Below, in pieces: positions 51,588 through 64,000 of a stretch of DNA of 64,000 bases. The translations under genes and the position numbers were made by a program. Source of the DNA: Coleofasciculus chthonoplastes F2-STO-03 (lineage in GTDB: Bacteria; Cyanobacteriota; Cyanobacteriia; Cyanobacteriales; Coleofasciculaceae); assembly GCA_040222015.1 (NCBI GenBank), contig JAVJWO010000069.1:32001-96000 (forward strand), given 5' to 3'. Position 1 is the first letter of the stretch. The number at the start of each line of letters is the position of its first letter. The notes below the pieces were generated by a model. It ran no database searches, was not told the origin of the DNA, and saw nothing but the letters and a program-made list of their open reading frames with translations.

Positions 51588-52036
51588 AATGATTCTGCTG
51601 TTGAAATAGGATTGATTTGGATGATATCAGTTACAGTTTGTCGGAGTTCGGCTAATTCGTTTCCAGGTCGAGAAAACCCGAATCATGATCAACTCTCTCC
51701 TACCCATGGCTAACACCCCAATTGACGCTGTGATAATTATTTGCGGATCAGGTATTAACCGGGTCTGGCGTCGGTCGGTGAATCCGTTGCTTGGGAAGGA
51801 ATCACAATGACCTATCGCTGACATTTATCAATATAGATACTTGTTGTGACGTGGTTATGACAGTGTAGTTTCGCTGATGTGAAGATTTCTGGATTGGTGC
51901 TGTAGCCGTCTAGGTGTTTTAGAGGAAATCCTCCCATTGAGGTTGTGCTTACCGTAATTCTAGGATACTCCCTTTTGCATAAGGGAGATGTAATCAGAAA
52001 TAGATGACAACAACTTCCCTGGCTATGGCGAGGATA

Positions 52037-52132
52037 AGCGGTTTGGTATTTAAACCTTAATATAATGCCTCCCATCCTCGTAGTGCGAGCATCTTGCTCG
52101 CTACTAATACCCTATCTCAATGTATGACCGCT
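52037..52132. mobile_element. AGCTG-MITE, copy 3 (variant ends AGCGGT/ACCGCT), TA-flanked
   Basis: Shares TTTAAACCTTAAT and the GTAGTGCGAGCATCTTGCTCGCTACTAATACCC core. Confidence 0.75.
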
Positions 52133-52157
52133 TACTGTACCGCTACAGCGACTCGAT

Positions 52158-53162
52158 ATGAAACACTTCTGGTTCTCTCAACCAACATCCCGACAAATTG
52201 ACATCAAGAATATCGCCTTTGGGTTAGGACTCGTGGGACTCATTCCTTGTCTTCTCTTATCCTTAGTCGCTTATCTGGGAGGATTTCACCGATATTTTGA
52301 ATTACTCTCCCACTTCAAAGTCCAATACTTCATCATTAGTTGTATTGTTTTCCTCTTATTGTCCTTCGCACGACTAAAAACCTGGTGGTTGATCAGTTTA
52401 TTTTGTTTAACCCTTAATGCTGTAGAGGTTATTCCCTGGTATATTCCCCAAGTTTCGGATATGAATACGCCTTCAGGACAACCCTTACGAGTGTTGCTGG
52501 CAAATGTCTATAGTGATAACCAGCGTTATGCTGAGTTTATCTCCCTAGTCAAAGCCGAAAAGCCTCAACTTCTCGTTGTCCAGGAAATTAATCCAATTTG
52601 GTCACAGCAACTGGAAGCCCTTAAGCCTCTCCTTCCTTACCAGATTGTTTATCCGAGATTTGATAACTTTGGCATTGCTGTCTACAGTGCGATTCCCCTG
52701 AGGAATACGGATATTAAATCGTTCACCGAGTATGATATACCCTCTATTTTTACTGAGGTGCAGTGGCAAGGACAAACTGTTTCTATTATTGCCACTCATC
52801 CCTTACCGCCGATTGATGCGGAATATTTTAAGTCACGTAATCAGCAACTTCTAGAACTGGGAAACGAGATAAGTTCAACCAAAAATATTCATGCCGTCAT
52901 CGGTGACTTGAATACAACAATGTGGTCTCCATATTACCGCAAATTTATCCGTCAGACTGGATTGAAAAATGCGCGAGCCGGTTTTGGTATTCTCCCCACT
53001 TGGCCCCAGGGTGCGCCAATGTTACAGATTCCTCTGGATCATTGTCTGATTAGTCCAGAAATCAATGTTTTAAAGATTCGCACTGCCGGAAATATTGGTT
53101 CAGATCATCGTCCCTTAATTGTCGATTTGGTGATATCGGACAGGAACACTAACAGAATATAG
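52158..53162 (+). CDS. Endonuclease/exonuclease/phosphatase family membrane protein
   Basis: N-terminal TMs, ANV, VQE, GDLN, LDH, GSDHRP. Confidence 0.9.
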   Translation: MKHFWFSQPTSRQIDIKNIAFGLGLVGLIPCLLLSLVAYLGGFHRYFELLSHFKVQYFIISCIVFLLLSFARLKTWWLISLFCLTLNAVEVIPWYIPQVSDMNTPSGQPLRVLLANVYSDNQRYAEFISLVKAEKPQLLVVQEINPIWSQQLEALKPLLPYQIVYPRFDNFGIAVYSAIPLRNTDIKSFTEYDIPSIFTEVQWQGQTVSIIATHPLPPIDAEYFKSRNQQLLELGNEISSTKNIHAVIGDLNTTMWSPYYRKFIRQTGLKNARAGFGILPTWPQGAPMLQIPLDHCLISPEINVLKIRTAGNIGSDHRPLIVDLVISDRNTNRI

Positions 53163-54380
53163 GGCTAAGGTTCCCTTACTACAAGCCGACTTCAAAATCC
53201 CTCCCTCTAACTGATAAATCGCTGCCATAATGCCATTATCTGGATTATTCAATAGGGACGCCTTAACTTCTTGTAAATAATCCCGAATCGCTTCCCGCAA
53301 AACAGGGCGCTCAACGTTTACGGTATGTTGATAATCCCAAACATCCCAGATAATAATTCCTACGCCAACAATCGGATCAAGAAACTGAGCGCCGAATTTA
53401 CCAGCTACAGCTCCGCCTGTTTTTGCTGCCATTTTAGCGGAGGCTTTTCCGGCAAAGGATACTACTACTTTACTGCCAATCTTGGTGACAACGGGAATCA
53501 TTGCTTTGGCAAATAAGTACGTACTCCCGCCAACTAAAACTTTTAACGATAAATTAGACAGATTGCCTTCCGTATCTCGAATCGTTACCGCAATATCATC
53601 CAAATAGCGCTCCCATTCTCCTTGCGGAATCTGGTACTGAGTTTGAATGTTGGAAATGTTGTTTTCCAAGTCAGCAATATATAAATTTACCGTATCTCTG
53701 GTGATGTGTTCCAATTGAAGTTGGGCAATTTTAGGGCGGAGGACTCGTTTGGTGAATTCTGTTTGGAATTCCTCCGTCATTTTTTCGGCGACGGCTTGAT
53801 TTGGAGTCGGTTTTGTGGTATCCATCCAGTGAGAGACGGCTGAAGATACCCAGACAAATGGAGCGCTAAATTCCAGTTTCTTTTGATTAAAATAATCAAA
53901 ATACCAATCCAGAAAATTGCCATCAACGCGACTCATGAGTTGATTAATCCACTCATCGAGTTGGTCTGAGGCGAACTGTTCTGCTGTATGATGAGCATGG
54001 GTAATTGCGGTTGCGATCGCGCGATCGACCTTCTCCTGATCCGGTACAGTCCGTTCAATGGTGACAATCTCACGTTTCGGCTTCCCTGAACTCCCCGCAT
54101 CGGTTGATAATGAACTGGCAATAAACCCACTTCCGATCAGCGGGATAATCACAATTAGGATCACCGCCACCCAAATATAAGGTGTTACCGATTTAATCAA
54201 CTGACTCCAGGCTTGTAGGCGAGTCGTCATTTCTGTGTAGGTTGGTTTTTCCGATGGATTGGTTGGGGACAAGGTTGGGGTATGAGTAGGGTTAGAGGGC
54301 GTTTGGGTTTTCTCAGCGCCAGGTGATAGGGGCGCAGAGGGATGAGTCGAGGTATAGTCCTGCGATCGCTCTTGGTTCAT
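53115..54380 (-). CDS. Hypothetical membrane-anchored helical protein
   Basis: 421-aa ORF with P/T-rich N-terminus, one TM, FLDWYF and a Gly/Ala-rich segment. Confidence 0.7.
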   Translation of the reverse strand: MNQERSQDYTSTHPSAPLSPGAEKTQTPSNPTHTPTLSPTNPSEKPTYTEMTTRLQAWSQLIKSVTPYIWVAVILIVIIPLIGSGFIASSLSTDAGSSGKPKREIVTIERTVPDQEKVDRAIATAITHAHHTAEQFASDQLDEWINQLMSRVDGNFLDWYFDYFNQKKLEFSAPFVWVSSAVSHWMDTTKPTPNQAVAEKMTEEFQTEFTKRVLRPKIAQLQLEHITRDTVNLYIADLENNISNIQTQYQIPQGEWERYLDDIAVTIRDTEGNLSNLSLKVLVGGSTYLFAKAMIPVVTKIGSKVVVSFAGKASAKMAAKTGGAVAGKFGAQFLDPIVGVGIIIWDVWDYQHTVNVERPVLREAIRDYLQEVKASLLNNPDNGIMAAIYQLEGGILKSACSKGTLALYSVSVPVRYHQIDN

Positions 54381-54425
54381 TGCTATTCTTTGTCCGTTAG
54401 ATCAATAACTAAGGAATGACGGGGA

Positions 54426-54653
54426 ATGGCAGAGGATTTTTCAGTTGATCAGCTTTTGGATAAAATGATTGTCGGAGTGGGCGGTGTGGCAACTTTTGGT
54501 CGAGCGATCGCGGCGAATTTACTGAAAATGATACCAGGTGCTGGGACAATTGTGGGCGGTGCAATTTCCGCTTCTACCGCCGCCGCGCTAACCTTGACGG
54601 AAAAGAGGTTTTATGTTAAAGAGAAAGTAGATAGTCTCAAGCTTCTGGTTTAG
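54426..54653 (+). pseudogene. Fragment of a YcjF/DUF697-like membrane domain
   Basis: GRAIAANLLKMIPGAGTIVGGAISASTAAALT followed by an abrupt loss of similarity. Confidence 0.55.
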
Positions 54654-54665
54654 AAGTAATCAATT

Positions 54666-55283
54666 GTGACTGATGAACGACTTACTCAAGATCAGTTAAC
54701 GCAACTCGTTGCTGAGGTGGATCAATTAGCCAGACGCCACGAGGCTGAAATTGACCACCAACAAGTTCAGCAGATTTTGCAGGAATTGAATTTACCACCA
54801 GAGTTGCTGGATGAAGCGCTAATCCAGCTACGCCGTCGTCAAGCGTTAGCCGTTCAACAAAGACGGAATCGCTGGATTGGGATAGGAGTAGGAGTGGCGA
54901 TAGTGGGTGCGATCGCAGCTTCCACGGTATTCATTGTAAATCGCCAACGTGCGATCGCGACCGTGTCTGTCTCTCAAAGTTGCATGACATCAAATCCGCA
55001 GACGTGTGAACCGATATCGGATTTTAATCGCCAAGAGATAGTCTACCGCGTTACCTTGCAAGATACACCTGTAGGACAAAAACTTTCCTTACAGTGTGAT
55101 TGGATTAACCCCAATGGTCAAATTGTGCATCAGAATCGCTATCAAACGAATAAAATTGACCGAGAGGTTTGGTCTACCTATTGTCGTCATACCTTGGGTT
55201 CTACTGCAACCCTGGGGGATTGGCAAGTGCAGATGAGATTAGGCGATCGCGCACTCGACCAAAAATCATTTACAGTTAAATAA
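54666..55283 (+). CDS. DUF3859-like membrane-anchored protein
   Basis: RLTQDQL..LVAEV, QILQELNLPPELL, TM, CDWINP.G..VHQNRY. Confidence 0.72.
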   Translation: MTDERLTQDQLTQLVAEVDQLARRHEAEIDHQQVQQILQELNLPPELLDEALIQLRRRQALAVQQRRNRWIGIGVGVAIVGAIAASTVFIVNRQRAIATVSVSQSCMTSNPQTCEPISDFNRQEIVYRVTLQDTPVGQKLSLQCDWINPNGQIVHQNRYQTNKIDREVWSTYCRHTLGSTATLGDWQVQMRLGDRALDQKSFTVK

Positions 55284-55289
55284 TCGACA

Positions 55290-56132
55290 CTATTCGCTAT
55301 TTTGCAAATCATCGGGATCAATGCCTAACTCTCCTATTCGTGCGGCTAATTCTTGAACCCGTCGTTTAGCCGTTTCAGCTTCCTGTTTCGCCATTTCTGT
55401 TTCTTGTCTGGCGGCTTCTGTTTCTTGTCTGGCGGCTTCCGTTTCTTGTCTCGCCACCTCTGTTTCTTCCGTGGGTAAAGGAATCCAAGTTCCCTCCAGT
55501 GTCATCCACCGTAGCCACAGTCGGTTAAACCCGCGAAAATTACCTTGCCATACGCCTAAACTTAATCCCAACTCCGGTATCGGTAAACAGCCTTGAGTCA
55601 AATCTACGGATTCGTAATGACCGCCAACCAGATGAAATGCTTGCCATTCATTAGTATAGCGACTAAAAATTACATAGTAAGGAATCCGCAGAATCTCTTC
55701 ATAAACTCGCCACTTTGTCGGCGGATGTCTTAATTCGCTTTCCCTTTGACCCAAATCTTCATCTTCCGTACCCGGAGACAATAACTCCACCACGATAAAC
55801 GGATTCACCCGTTCTTGCCAACACACATAACTCAAACGCATATCACGTTCCTGATAAAGCCTTGGTACACCGACAACTCCGAACCAATCAGGACGTTTAT
55901 ACCAGTTTGAATGAGTAGCGTCATAATAGAGATTCAAATCACAAGCACTGAACGCTCTATTGGGATACCAATTTGGCGGTAAAAACGTCAAATATAGTAA
56001 TAATGGTTGCAAAAAATGGAACTCATCAGGCAAACCAGGTTCCTCCGGATTTTCGCTAGGTAAATCATACATCGTTGGCAGGGTTTGCCACGGGGGAAGT
56101 GGGGGGTCAGTTTGGCGGGGTAATTGAGTCAT
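55290..56132 (-). CDS. Uma2 family endonuclease (long form) with a coiled-coil repeat tail
   Basis: LPTMYDLPSE.PEEPGLPDEFH, KRPDWFGV, VELLSPGT; (ARQETEA)n tail. Confidence 0.88.
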   Translation of the reverse strand: MTQLPRQTDPPLPPWQTLPTMYDLPSENPEEPGLPDEFHFLQPLLLYLTFLPPNWYPNRAFSACDLNLYYDATHSNWYKRPDWFGVVGVPRLYQERDMRLSYVCWQERVNPFIVVELLSPGTEDEDLGQRESELRHPPTKWRVYEEILRIPYYVIFSRYTNEWQAFHLVGGHYESVDLTQGCLPIPELGLSLGVWQGNFRGFNRLWLRWMTLEGTWIPLPTEETEVARQETEAARQETEAARQETEMAKQEAETAKRRVQELAARIGELGIDPDDLQNSE

Positions 56133-56375
56133 TTGATGATTAGAGTTATTTATAAAATCTCTTCCACTATCTTAACGGTTCTTAGTCATGGATGCGAGTC
56201 TATCATCGTGTTGGGTTGCCAATATCCGACAAAACAACAACTGGTTTAATTTTTCTAAATTAAGGGGAATTGCACGCTTTTTAAACCGGGTGGGCATTGC
56301 CCACCCTACGGTACATCCAGGATTTCAGCGCTCCCAAAATATTGATTTTAGTGCCATTCAAATTAAGGTGTTTTC

Positions 56376-56987
56376 TCAAAGATCACTCAACGTTTGTTCA
56401 CCTAACTTAAAGACAAAATGAAGCAAACCCAAAATTTCTTCAAGATGAGCAATACCATAGAGTAACGTTTCATAAACACTGCCTTGAGATGTCAGTTTAT
56501 AAAACCGCCAGCCATCGCCGTTCGTCACCATTCCCAAAACATCAATATCCTTACCGATTCGGCGATTTTGCCATTGACAGGCTTGCATTTCGACCAAACA
56601 TTGAGCCAATCCTTGTTCAAAGTTATCCTTTTTGGCTTCGACGATACATAAAAATGGCGTTTCTAAATAGCGTTTGCGTTCAGCAATTAAATAATCAACA
56701 TTACCGCTTGTTGTCTCCCCTTCTAAACTAGCCCCTTTCCAAATTTTTAGCCGCCCCAGTCCTTCAAGTGCTTCCTCGCAAAGGGCATCAATAATAAGCT
56801 TCTTGGATTCTTCATAGCTTTCCAAGTCAAAACGTTGTAACCTCGCCCACCGTTGTTTAAAAAACTCGCTAGGTTGAATTTGCTGGAACTCAATCTGCCA
56901 AGGGATTAAGTCGATGAGGTCAAGTTGCTTAAATGCCTGAGTTTTGTTAAAACTAGAAAAATTTTTCTTCTTGATTTTTTTATCCAT
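56376..56987 (-). CDS. PD-(D/E)xK-fold protein (HsdR N-terminal-like)
   Basis: GNVDYLI, VEAKKDNFEQGLAQC, VTNGDGWRF. Confidence 0.75.
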   Translation of the reverse strand: MDKKIKKKNFSSFNKTQAFKQLDLIDLIPWQIEFQQIQPSEFFKQRWARLQRFDLESYEESKKLIIDALCEEALEGLGRLKIWKGASLEGETTSGNVDYLIAERKRYLETPFLCIVEAKKDNFEQGLAQCLVEMQACQWQNRRIGKDIDVLGMVTNGDGWRFYKLTSQGSVYETLLYGIAHLEEILGLLHFVFKLGEQTLSDL

Positions 56988-57258
56988 CGGAGGGTTGCGA
57001 ATTGAGTCAATAAATTTTATTTTATACTATAGGGTTTGTAGTTGCGCTGTCTTCGCCATAAAGCTCACGGGTAGACCAGTAACTTGAACAGTAGATTGGG
57101 TATAGATGTGACCATTGAATCGGGCGCACGTCACTACACCCCTACAGTGTCTGGATGGAATGCTAATTCATCTTGCTTAGGTGTGACACACCACTACGAT
57201 ATATTAAAGTGCGTATTTCAGTGCTATTGAACTTAAATTAATTCAAGATTCAATTATT

Positions 57259-59043
57259 GTGAGTAATCCCTATCAATTTATCGGCTATTGGGGTATAGAG
57301 TCACCCGATAAACTTGAAGCGATGTTAACCAAATTAACCCAAGTTCTCGTCGTCGCGACAGGTTTAGAAACATCAACACGATTGAAACATCACCTCAACA
57401 AAGTCCAGGTCAAGGGTAGGTTAAATTGGCGTGTTGGTTATATTGGCAGTAATCCGACTAATTCCTTCACCAATAAAGACGGTATCATCGCCGCATTATC
57501 CGCCTCTGGTTTTCACGACTCAGCCGATGCTTGGGTTAAGGTGGAAAATAATCACCTAATTTTAGGACGCGAACCTTTTGGACGTGTCCCTGTCTATTGG
57601 ACAAAACAGGGAAAGGTTATCTGGTTTGCGTCTAAGTTGCAGCTATTATTACCCCTGCTTAAAACACCAGAGGTGAATAATCATGGATTGTATGGCTATA
57701 GCTGTTTTTCTTATGTTCCCACACCGTTAACGCCAGTATCTACTATTTTTTCCGTAGCGGCTGGAACCCTAGAAACCTGGCAAATTACCTCTGAACACGA
57801 CTTAACCCATAGCACTCACCGTTATTATCAATGGCAATCCGCATCGGAACTGATTCATGATGAAGATGAAGCCATATCTCAACTGCAAATCCTCTTAAAA
57901 AATGCCGTTCATCGACAACTGGAAAATTTGCCTAGTGAACCCGTTGGTGTTTTCCTGTCTGGCGGGTTAGATTCATCTACAATAGCGGCATTATTAGTGC
58001 AAGCGGGAGTCAATGTTAAGGCATATACCTTAGATTTTGGGTTAGCGGGTGTCTCAGAATTGCCCTATGCTGAACAGGTTGCTGACTATCTGAATATTCC
58101 CCTGGTTAAAGTTGATGCGACACCTCGTCGGATTAAGCAAGCGATTCAAGCGACAGCGACGGCGTTAGATTTACCCTTTGGCGATGGGGTAACGGTTCCC
58201 TTATATCTGTTGTGTCAAGCCGCGAGTCAAGAGACAAGGGTTATTTTTAATGGGGAAGGCGGCGACCAACTTTTTGCGGGATGGACAAATAAACCGCTAA
58301 TTGCGGCTGGTGTTTATAATCAAGAACATCCCAAAGGAAATACAGAGTTTACTCAACAGTATTTACGAACGTTTCACCGTCTCTGGGGATATGAAGAGCG
58401 AGTATTTCAGAATCAGATAAACCAGGTGTTATCGGTACAACCGGAACAATGGTTGGCAGAGGCGTTAGATGCTAAGTTTACCACGACTCTTTTAGACCGA
58501 TTGCGTCGGGCGACGTTAATGTTAAAAGGCGCACAAAACATCCACCCACGGGCGACTAACTTAGCATTCTCCCATGGATTGTGGGTGCGATCGCCCTTTT
58601 GTGACATTCCGTTATCGGAGTGGACATTTCAGATACCGGGGGAGTTCTACCTGCGAGGTGCTTGTGAAAAATATATCCTCAAACGTGCGGTGGAATCTTG
58701 GTTACCGTCAGAGGTGGTGTGGCGGGAAAAACGGGGGATGGGAGTACCGTTAACGGCGTGGTGTTTAAATGAGTTATGGTCTGAGGTAGGATATTGGTTA
58801 AATTCGGGTATTTTGGACGCCGAAGGACGATGGCAACCGCAATTACCCCTGCAACTGATTAAAGGGGAATTTAGCGCCTATTTGCGAGGGCGACGAGTTG
58901 GCGAGATTCTCTGGTTACTGATGATGTGGCAAGTTTGGCGCAGGAGGGTGTTAAATGAGGCAGTATCTGGGTATTCTGGGTTACATCCGTTCTGGTTACC
59001 GTCTCGGTTTTGGCGATGGTATTGGAAATTACAGGATGAATAA
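57259..59043 (+). CDS. Asparagine synthetase-like ATP-dependent amide ligase lacking the N-terminal Cys
   Basis: PP-loop LSGGLDSS, NGEGGDQLFAG, RSPFCD, EKYILK, REKRGM. Confidence 0.88.
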   Translation: MSNPYQFIGYWGIESPDKLEAMLTKLTQVLVVATGLETSTRLKHHLNKVQVKGRLNWRVGYIGSNPTNSFTNKDGIIAALSASGFHDSADAWVKVENNHLILGREPFGRVPVYWTKQGKVIWFASKLQLLLPLLKTPEVNNHGLYGYSCFSYVPTPLTPVSTIFSVAAGTLETWQITSEHDLTHSTHRYYQWQSASELIHDEDEAISQLQILLKNAVHRQLENLPSEPVGVFLSGGLDSSTIAALLVQAGVNVKAYTLDFGLAGVSELPYAEQVADYLNIPLVKVDATPRRIKQAIQATATALDLPFGDGVTVPLYLLCQAASQETRVIFNGEGGDQLFAGWTNKPLIAAGVYNQEHPKGNTEFTQQYLRTFHRLWGYEERVFQNQINQVLSVQPEQWLAEALDAKFTTTLLDRLRRATLMLKGAQNIHPRATNLAFSHGLWVRSPFCDIPLSEWTFQIPGEFYLRGACEKYILKRAVESWLPSEVVWREKRGMGVPLTAWCLNELWSEVGYWLNSGILDAEGRWQPQLPLQLIKGEFSAYLRGRRVGEILWLLMMWQVWRRRVLNEAVSGYSGLHPFWLPSRFWRWYWKLQDE

Positions 59044-59375
59044 TGAATTTTTTACAGTTAGCTTGACCGAACAAAATTCTGTACGGTTTTCCCCCTTGTC
59101 TTCTTTCCTTCCTTGTCCTCCTTGTCTTGCCCACACCCTAAAATAAAAAACCTACACCTATAAGCTCTGTAGGGGCGGGTTTCACTACTATCCTTTCGGT
59201 TGCACCCCTAAGTAAATAAACCCGCCCCGACTGTTCCCTAGCAGGGCGGGTTTCGTTAGGTTATCGGTTGTGTCTACAATGTTATCGGTAAAACCCGCCC
59301 CTACACCTGGGCGTGTAGATGCGCCATGGTACGTCTGAATATTGCTTTCACTAATGATTACCTGTTCCCTGAAAA

Positions 59376-61499
<2,124 letters not shown>

Positions 61500-61838
61500 A
61501 AAACCTAACCCCCCAGCCCCCTTCCCACCCCTCTCGTTCTCCCCTACAAGAGGGGAGAGGACAGAGGATGCTTCGCTTTTTTTGCACGGAAGGGGGAGCC
61601 GGAAGTCAGTCGATTTTATGTAGGATGAGCAAGATTTATAAACCTTTTTCATAGATTAAAATTGTAGGGGCGCACTGACGTGCGTCCACCACCGATGTGC
61701 GCCCAGAAAACCCATAACATCTATTCTATTTGAACGGTGTCACATCGCCATCCTGGGTTAAGCTTTAGCCATGGTGCGTTACGCTGCGCTAACGCACCCT
61801 ACAAACGCCTTTCAAATATCACCAATGACCCATGACTC

Positions 61839-63014
61839 ATGACAAATGACCAAGAATTACTGAATATCTACGGTTCACCTCTCTATGTTTATCAGGGCGA
61901 TCGCATCCGGGATACAATTCGTTATATCTCTTACGCTGTCCCCTATCCGCGCACTCGGTTCCAGTTTGCGAGTGTGACGAATGGTAATATCGCGTTGCTG
62001 CAAATCTTCCAGCAAGAGGGGTGGGGACTTCACGCCAATACTCCCGGAGATATCTATTTAGGCTTAACGGCGGGATTTGCCCCAGATAACATTGTTTACA
62101 GTGGTAGTAATTTGAATTATCCAGAAATGGAGCAAGTTCTCCACTGGGGAATTACCACCTTAAATTTAGATAGCATCTCCCAATTAGAATTATGCTGTCA
62201 AGTCTATCACTCCTTAACCCCCAAATTACCCCGATTAAACTTAGGATTACGCTTAAATGTACCCGAATTAACCGGAGATAGCCGCATTGGAGTTCAACCC
62301 GAAGACTTCCCCGATGCGCTGAAAATTACCCAATCGACGGGATTACACCTCAAGGGTATCCATTTCTATCGCGGAACGGGGACAAATGCCACCAAAGCCT
62401 TTACCCAAGTGATTGATTCCTTATGCGAGATTGGTCAACAATTACCGGATTGGAACTATTTAGACTTTGGCGGTGGATTTGGCTATCCCTATCAGGGAAA
62501 TGGCGTCGCCTTTGATTGGCAAGGATTTGGTCAGGCGATAACTGAGAAACTAGAGACAATCGGCAGACCTATAGACTTAATTATAGAACCCGGGCGTGCC
62601 GCGATCGCAGGATGTGCCTCCTTGTTAGCAAAAGTGGTTTCTGTCAAGTGGCAAAACGGCAAACAAATTGTCGGTGTTGATACCACCGTGGCGAATTTAT
62701 CGGTTCCTTCGGTACATGGTGGCTATCGAAAAATTGTCAGTCTTACAGATACCCAGCGTGAACAGTATCCCACCGATGTCTGTGGAAATACAACCTATTC
62801 ACGGGATTACTTGGGGCGCAATTGTCAACTCCCGGCGTTAAAGAATGGAGATGTTATCGCGATTCTCGATAGCGGTGCTTACGGATACGCCATGTCGTCC
62901 CATTTCTTACACCGTCCGCGTCCGGCTGAAGTGTTAGTCGAACAGGGGACTCATCGATTAATCAGAAAACGGGAAGATTATAGTATTTTATTAAATAATC
63001 AGGTATTTGCTTAA
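61839..63014 (+). CDS. LysA/ODC (PLP fold III)-like protein lacking the canonical catalytic Lys
   Basis: YGSPLYVY, DFGGGFG, IEPGR, GAYGY.MSS retained; FASVTN in place of YAxKAN. Confidence 0.85.
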   Translation: MTNDQELLNIYGSPLYVYQGDRIRDTIRYISYAVPYPRTRFQFASVTNGNIALLQIFQQEGWGLHANTPGDIYLGLTAGFAPDNIVYSGSNLNYPEMEQVLHWGITTLNLDSISQLELCCQVYHSLTPKLPRLNLGLRLNVPELTGDSRIGVQPEDFPDALKITQSTGLHLKGIHFYRGTGTNATKAFTQVIDSLCEIGQQLPDWNYLDFGGGFGYPYQGNGVAFDWQGFGQAITEKLETIGRPIDLIIEPGRAAIAGCASLLAKVVSVKWQNGKQIVGVDTTVANLSVPSVHGGYRKIVSLTDTQREQYPTDVCGNTTYSRDYLGRNCQLPALKNGDVIAILDSGAYGYAMSSHFLHRPRPAEVLVEQGTHRLIRKREDYSILLNNQVFA

Positions 63015-63416
63015 TTTCCCAGGTTCGTAGGGGCGCACGTCAGTGCGCCCTGCACCTGACCTTTACCTGAGTTTACCTGAACTGCAGCTAACCTTTACCT
63101 GACCTGCGCCCAGAAAATCAGTTATGATACCAAATCTGTTAGGGTGACAATTATATTTTTTCAACGCAGAGGACGCAGAGGATGGCGCAGAGGTACGCAG
63201 AGTAATTGGGAGTATTTGAGTGAACGTTTTAGCGAATTATAGAAATAATATCTAAGACTATGAAATCTATTGGGCGCTCAAAATAAGTGGTTTTAAGTTT
63301 AATTATGTGAACTTGGAAATCAATGCGTAATTAATCTAATCTTAAACTCGCGATGGTTATCTAGGTTAGGCAAAATGAAGGATGTTAATCAAGAATCCTA
63401 TGGAGAAAAGTGAATT

Positions 63417-64000
63417 ATGAAATGCATTCAATGTCAAACTGATAATAATCATAAAGACCGCACCGCCAATCAAGGACGGTGTAAAAACTGTGGACATCCC
63501 TTTGTCTTTGAACCCACAACTATGGGTCAGACCAAAATAACTGATCCATTTTTTGCTAAAGCCATCTCGGATTTATCAGTAAATGGCAGTCTATACTTTA
63601 CCCCTCAACAATTATACTACCTTATCAACAAGAGAATTAAACGCAAGATCAACAATGTTGTCCTGCAAATCTTTGCCTGGATTCTGATTGTTATTATTCC
63701 TTACATCGGAATCCCGCTCTTAATTTTTGCCTGTTACCAAATCAGCAATTCTGCCAATACGTCCAGAAGAGTCCGTAATCGCAATGCTAGATATTTACAA
63801 ATTATTGGTGGATTTTTGCTTCTCTATGGAATTTTATCTCTTTTATTCTCTACCGTCGATGGTAGTGGAGGTAACTGGCTGATTTTTTGCCAATTTGCGA
63901 TAACTATTATTGTCGGTATGTTATCGTTCTATTTAGGAATTCGTCAGCTGCGTCGCCAAAGCACATTCTTACAAACCGTTTCGATTACACTGAGTAAATT
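63417..64000 (+). CDS. Hypothetical protein with N-terminal CxxC..CxxC Zn-finger and TM helices; truncated by the window end
   Basis: Manual translation MKCIQCQTDNNHKDRTANQGRCKNCGHPFVFEP...; SD-like GGAG upstream; appears open to the window end. Confidence 0.75.
   Translation, partial: MKCIQCQTDNNHKDRTANQGRCKNCGHPFVFEPTTMGQTKITDPFFAKAISDLSVNGSLYFTPQQLYYLINKRIKRKINNVVLQIFAWILIVIIPYIGIPLLIFACYQISNSANTSRRVRNRNARYLQIIGGFLLLYGILSLLFSTVDGSGGNWLIFCQFAITIIVGMLSFYLGIRQLRRQSTFLQTVSITLSK

Noticed and set aside
53115..53162. 48-bp convergent gene overlap as a regulatory feature
   Set aside because: The overlapping tails look non-conserved; most likely simple stop-codon drift.
57259..59043. Lasso peptide cluster
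   Set aside because: No B1/B2 (RRE, transglutaminase-like peptidase) genes and no precursor with a recognisable leader motif are in the window.

Overview
A 64-kb chromosomal window from a cyanobacterium. The evidence is dense HIP1 (GCGATCGC) sites, the atpD-atpC pair, ftrV, PSRP-3/ycf65 and PEP-CTERM proteins. The repeat repertoire suggests a filamentous, Coleofasciculus-like lineage (inference). Housekeeping genes are interleaved with accessory material: an AT-rich putative type II R-M pair, three Uma2 nucleases, two Rpn/DUF2887 genes, two HsdR-N-like PD-(D/E)xK genes, an ATPase plus TPR-nSTAND1-WD40 (NLR-like) pair, and a GldA/F/G-like ABC operon. Highlights: (1) an AsnB-like ligase lacking the glutaminase Cys, near a LysA-fold protein lacking the PLP Schiff-base Lys; (2) strong in-frame internal SD+ATG starts in both Rpn genes, suggesting intragenic antitoxins; (3) a ~59-bp element nested three-deep in its own hairpin loop; (4) several tiny mobile elements inserted in frame in proteins; (5) homogenised WD40 repeats that vary at a few codons. 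No rRNA, tRNA, CRISPR array or intact transposase was recognised. All family assignments come from motif recognition by eye, not database searches.
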